Position numbers and translations under genes: made by a program. A DNA stretch of 63,229 nt, the filler included, from Aduncisulcus paluster (lineage: Eukaryota), in the NCBI GenBank assembly GCA_024181965.1. It is 6 parts of 6 records of this genome, joined end to end, with 100 filler letters (N's around TTAATTAATTAA, not from the genome) between each part and the next. Parts side by side here need not be neighbours in the genome. Positions count along the whole stretch, not along the records: positions 60,032 to 63,229 come from BQXS01011442.1; 5 more parts are not named here. One strand, 5' to 3'. The notes under the pieces are model-generated. The model saw only the letters and a list, made by a program, of their open reading frames with translations, had not been told where the DNA came from and made no database searches. Each line of letters opens with the position of its first letter. Within the stretch, counting starts at the first letter, position 1. Below, one piece after another: positions 59,932 to 63,229 of this stretch.

Positions 59932-60231
59932 NNNNNNNNNNNNNNNNNNNNNNNNNNNNNNNNNNNNNNNNNNNNTTAATTAATTAANNNNNNNNNNNNN
60001 NNNNNNNNNNNNNNNNNNNNNNNNNNNNNNNATCTGCACAAATGCTCATTGTTCAAGTCAAACCGGGCATATATTCCCCTCTTATCCGATTCTGCATGGT
60101 CTTGATCCACAGAACCATGTTGCTGAGGCAGTGAAGAGGAGGAAAAGGAGGAGGAGGATGAAGAAGAGTATTTTGGAATCTACCCCCCTGTTTTCATTGG
60201 TGAGAAGAAACCTGGATTTAGAGGTTTTATT

Positions 60232-63210
60232 TTATTGGCAGAATTCATGAAACAGGTCTAATCGTCTCCAAACATATTCTTGTGCAACTTTCTTTGCCAT
60301 GTCATGACATACTTGATAATCGACTCTACAAAGAATGCAAGTAGCAAACTCAGCGACAGAGTGTTCAGCGTGCATGATTCGTAAATTTATACGTTCTTTT
60401 AATGGTTCAATACACTCGATTACTTTATAAGCCTCTCGAGCAAGCGAACACAGGCAATACATTGATGAAATTAATCTTGAGTTCTGAACATGATCGTCAG
60501 TTAAAAAAGAAGAAGAAGAAGAAGACGAAGAAGAAGAAGAAGAAGAGATAGACTTTGTACTTTGGAAATCTTTCACCTTATCTCTCTTTAAATGTTTTGT
60601 CCCTTTTTCTTCCTCTTTTTCTTCCTCCTTTTCTCTTTCAACTGACATGTCAAGTGGATTTGTCAACAAAATAGAATCTTTTCTGCCAATATCTTCCTTT
60701 AACTCTGAAGATTCTGATTCCTCGGTGTCATCGGAATCAGAATCTATTTTTAGCGTAACGAGAGGTTTGAGTGACTTTCTTTTCCTCACGCATGAACACA
60801 TACCTTCGATTGTGGCACAGAGAGATAGAGAGACACAAAGAGCAGAAATAACGGAAGAAGATGATAATAATGTCTTCAATTTCACATAACATTGAGCAAT
60901 TGTTGTTATAACATCCAAGGGAGATGAATAAAGTGAAATTAAATATTCTGAATTATCTTCCTTTTCCTCTTCTTCTCCCGCTTCTTTTCTCTTTCTTTTG
61001 GATTTGGAATGAATATTATCTTCTATTTTATCTTCTATTTTATCTTCTATTTTATCTTCTATTTTATCTTCTATTTTATCTTCTATTAAACGTGAGAAAG
61101 AATGTGTAGGCAATTTAGTTCGAATGTCAAATTCCATAATTTCTCGATTCCTCAAAGATAAGCCCAATGTCCCACCTCTTCGTAGGGAAAAAATAATATC
61201 CTCAAAATGACTCATAAAATAGGAAGAAAATGGATATATCAATGGTGAAGAACAAGCCAAGGCTGCACACTCTGCACAAGAGAAGAGAAGGGACAAAAAG
61301 GAAGAATTAACATCAGAAAATAACGGGGAAAAACAAGAATATTTGTCTTGATCTGACTGCAAAATAGGAAGTTGGAAATTCATCAATTCAATTGGATCTT
61401 TACGTTTCTCTTTGGATAAATCAAATTTCTCACTTTCTAAAGATAGAAATGAGAAAAAACCCTCAATCTGATCTATTTTTAGCTTCATATGATGATGAGA
61501 TGCTTGTTCTTGGCCATTTGAGTAAGAGCAGTCGCTATCATGATCCATTACGCATTTATCTTGTGCTTCTTGTTGTGCTTCTTGTTGTGCTTCTGGTTGT
61601 TCCATACTTCTATTTTTAGACATGATTCTATTTTTAGATTTAGATATGCATTGAGACAATCCGCCTCTTTTCCACATGCAAAATACGAAGAAAGGGAAAA
61701 ACTCTGAAATAAATATCCAGAACCACATAGTTTGATGTTTATGTCTAAATTTAGATTGCATTTCTTTCAAATCGGTTAAAGAATAAAACGAAGAAGAAGA
61801 AGAAGGAGAAGAAGGAGAAGGAGAAAGGAAAGAAGAGAAGAGGATATGAAGATATAAAATGGTAATATAATGGATTAAATCATCATCAGATGAGAAACTT
61901 TGTGCTAAATATGGAACTATCCTCAGCAATATCTCATTCTTCATTCTGATATCAGACAAGGAAGAGGAAGAAGAAGAAGAAGAGGAAGAGATGGTACTTT
62001 TCTCTCTTTGTCTATCTTCCACCATTTCAAAGTATTTGTGTTCATATTCTTCTTCTTTAAAAGAACAGAGGGATAAAACAGCATCATTAATTGATTTACA
62101 AATATCTCCATACGACATGGACTCAACATCTTCAACATCTTCAACATCTTCAACATCTTCAACATCACAAATCATATTTTGGACAGATATGACTCGACCC
62201 CGTTTCTTCTCATCTGATCTAAAAATAGGATATATGGGTTCATTATCATCGCACGAATGATTACTATACTGTACTATATTACACCATTTATCGATACATA
62301 CTGTACTATTATTATTATTGCAATATGTTGACTTATCGATATATCCATTCTTCTCTCTTCCTCTCTCTTCTTCTTCTCTTCCTCTCTCTTCTTCTTCTCT
62401 TCCTCTCTCTTCTTCTTTCTTAACTTTCTTGGTCTCAACTTCTTGCCGACATTGGTCAAGAGCATTGATATGATCATAAATATGATCACGTTGAGAGGAA
62501 TTCCATCTATTTTTTAAGGTTATTCGAAGAGTTTCTATATTTTCACATATATTCAAAGCAACTTGATCGGCGTGAGTATGAATGATTGGTAACATTTGAA
62601 AAGAACCTGAAGGAGATGTTGGAGCAAATCTAAACTGAAGAGAAAAGAGAGAAATTGGAAGAGATGTGAGAGATGCTGGTATATCTCCAACAAATGGTTC
62701 AAACAATAATAATGTCTGATCATTACCTCCTTTCTCTATGACTTTCTCTTCTTCTTTGACTTTGAAGACCTTTGAACTTTGGCAATTAAAATAATAATTC
62801 ATAGTCTTGGCAATAAGAATAGATTCAACGGTTGAATTATTGTTTTTTTGTTCTTTCTCAAACAATGTCTCATCCACGACTGGGCCGGTAAAAGTACCGG
62901 CTGAAACCGAAGAAGAAGAAGAAGAAGAAGAAGAAGAAGAAGAAGAAGAAGAAGAAGAAGAAGAAGAAGAAGAAGAAGAAGAGAGAAATGAGGAATTTGA
63001 TGATGATAATTGCAATTTCTTTTTTTGAACCATTAACATACGTACTTCCTCTTCTTCACTGACAGCATTTGAGACTTTAATAGCTTGAGAAACAATATAT
63101 TGAGCCTTGTTGAGCTTTATGAGGGAATAAATCGGGAGAAATTGGAGCAGAAGAAGAGAAAGAGAAGAGAAATGAGCAATTGAAAGTTGAAAAGGAGAAA
63201 AGAATAGCAA
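60232..63210 (-). CDS. Hypothetical low-complexity protein, probably 5'-truncated at the window edge
   Basis: 992-aa open frame with poly-Ser and KIED, VED and EEERGR repeats. Confidence 0.6.
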   Translation of the reverse strand: MLFFSPFQLSIAHFSSLSLLLLQFLPIYSLIKLNKAQYIVSQAIKVSNAVSEEEEVRMLMVQKKKLQLSSSNSSFLSSSSSSSSSSSSSSSSSSSSSSSSSVSAGTFTGPVVDETLFEKEQKNNNSTVESILIAKTMNYYFNCQSSKVFKVKEEEKVIEKGGNDQTLLLFEPFVGDIPASLTSLPISLFSLQFRFAPTSPSGSFQMLPIIHTHADQVALNICENIETLRITLKNRWNSSQRDHIYDHINALDQCRQEVETKKVKKEEERGREEEERGREEEERGREKNGYIDKSTYCNNNNSTVCIDKWCNIVQYSNHSCDDNEPIYPIFRSDEKKRGRVISVQNMICDVEDVEDVEDVEDVESMSYGDICKSINDAVLSLCSFKEEEYEHKYFEMVEDRQREKSTISSSSSSSSSSLSDIRMKNEILLRIVPYLAQSFSSDDDLIHYITILYLHILFSSFLSPSPSSPSSSSSFYSLTDLKEMQSKFRHKHQTMWFWIFISEFFPFFVFCMWKRGGLSQCISKSKNRIMSKNRSMEQPEAQQEAQQEAQDKCVMDHDSDCSYSNGQEQASHHHMKLKIDQIEGFFSFLSLESEKFDLSKEKRKDPIELMNFQLPILQSDQDKYSCFSPLFSDVNSSFLSLLFSCAECAALACSSPLIYPFSSYFMSHFEDIIFSLRRGGTLGLSLRNREIMEFDIRTKLPTHSFSRLIEDKIEDKIEDKIEDKIEDKIEDNIHSKSKRKRKEAGEEEEKEDNSEYLISLYSSPLDVITTIAQCYVKLKTLLSSSSVISALCVSLSLCATIEGMCSCVRKRKSLKPLVTLKIDSDSDDTEESESSELKEDIGRKDSILLTNPLDMSVEREKEEEKEEEKGTKHLKRDKVKDFQSTKSISSSSSSSSSSSSSFLTDDHVQNSRLISSMYCLCSLAREAYKVIECIEPLKERINLRIMHAEHSVAEFATCILCRVDYQVCHDMAKKVAQEYVWRRLDLFHEFCQ
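61017..61087. repeat. 12-bp coding minisatellite (TTATCTTCTATT)n encoding KIED repeats
   Basis: Directly visible tandem array. Confidence 0.9.
62909..62981. repeat. (GAA)n microsatellite encoding poly-Ser on the minus strand
   Basis: Directly visible. Confidence 0.95.
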
Positions 63211-63229
63211 AACAACAGAGTCAGCTATT

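Noticed and set aside
1-63229. CRISPR array, Fanzor/TnpB, reverse transcriptase, tRNA or rRNA genes
   Set aside because: I saw no regularly spaced repeat-spacer array, RuvC or RT motifs, or tRNA/rRNA signatures by eye. Covariance-model searches would be needed to exclude small RNAs.

Overview
AT-rich, gene-dense eukaryotic (protist) genomic DNA, not prokaryotic. There are GT(ATGT)..AG spliceosomal introns, SNAREs, an IFT139-like gene, Dph5 and ribosomal proteins. The gene families and low-complexity style suggest a free-living fornicate such as Aduncisulcus or another Carpediemonas-like organism (inference). The window is a concatenation of about six scaffolds joined by artificial N-TTAATTAATTAA-N spacers, and each 20-N gap is flanked by artefactual duplications. 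Recognisable genes are YKT6, a C11orf65/MFI-like protein, a sterol-desaturase-like/FAD-oxidoreductase fusion, RPS5, DPH5, glycyl-tRNA synthetase, a catalytically degenerate Tc1/IS630-like protein, a RING-H2 membrane protein, a Qc-SNARE, a giant IFT139/TTC21B, RPL39 (three exons, missing from the ORF track), mevalonate kinase, CWC21, UNG, a repeat-domain kinase family, a CAP-LIM protein, an ABCA transporter and a ComEC-like metallo-beta-lactamase. The most striking unexplained signal is a pervasive set of short perfect palindromes, typically 6-8 bp arms with a 1-nt centre and often chained. They occur in intergenic DNA, and palindromic inserts sit at four ORF breaks, including in the SNARE and IFT139 genes. 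They resemble hairpin-opening (hAT-type) excision footprints or snap-back templated repair insertions.
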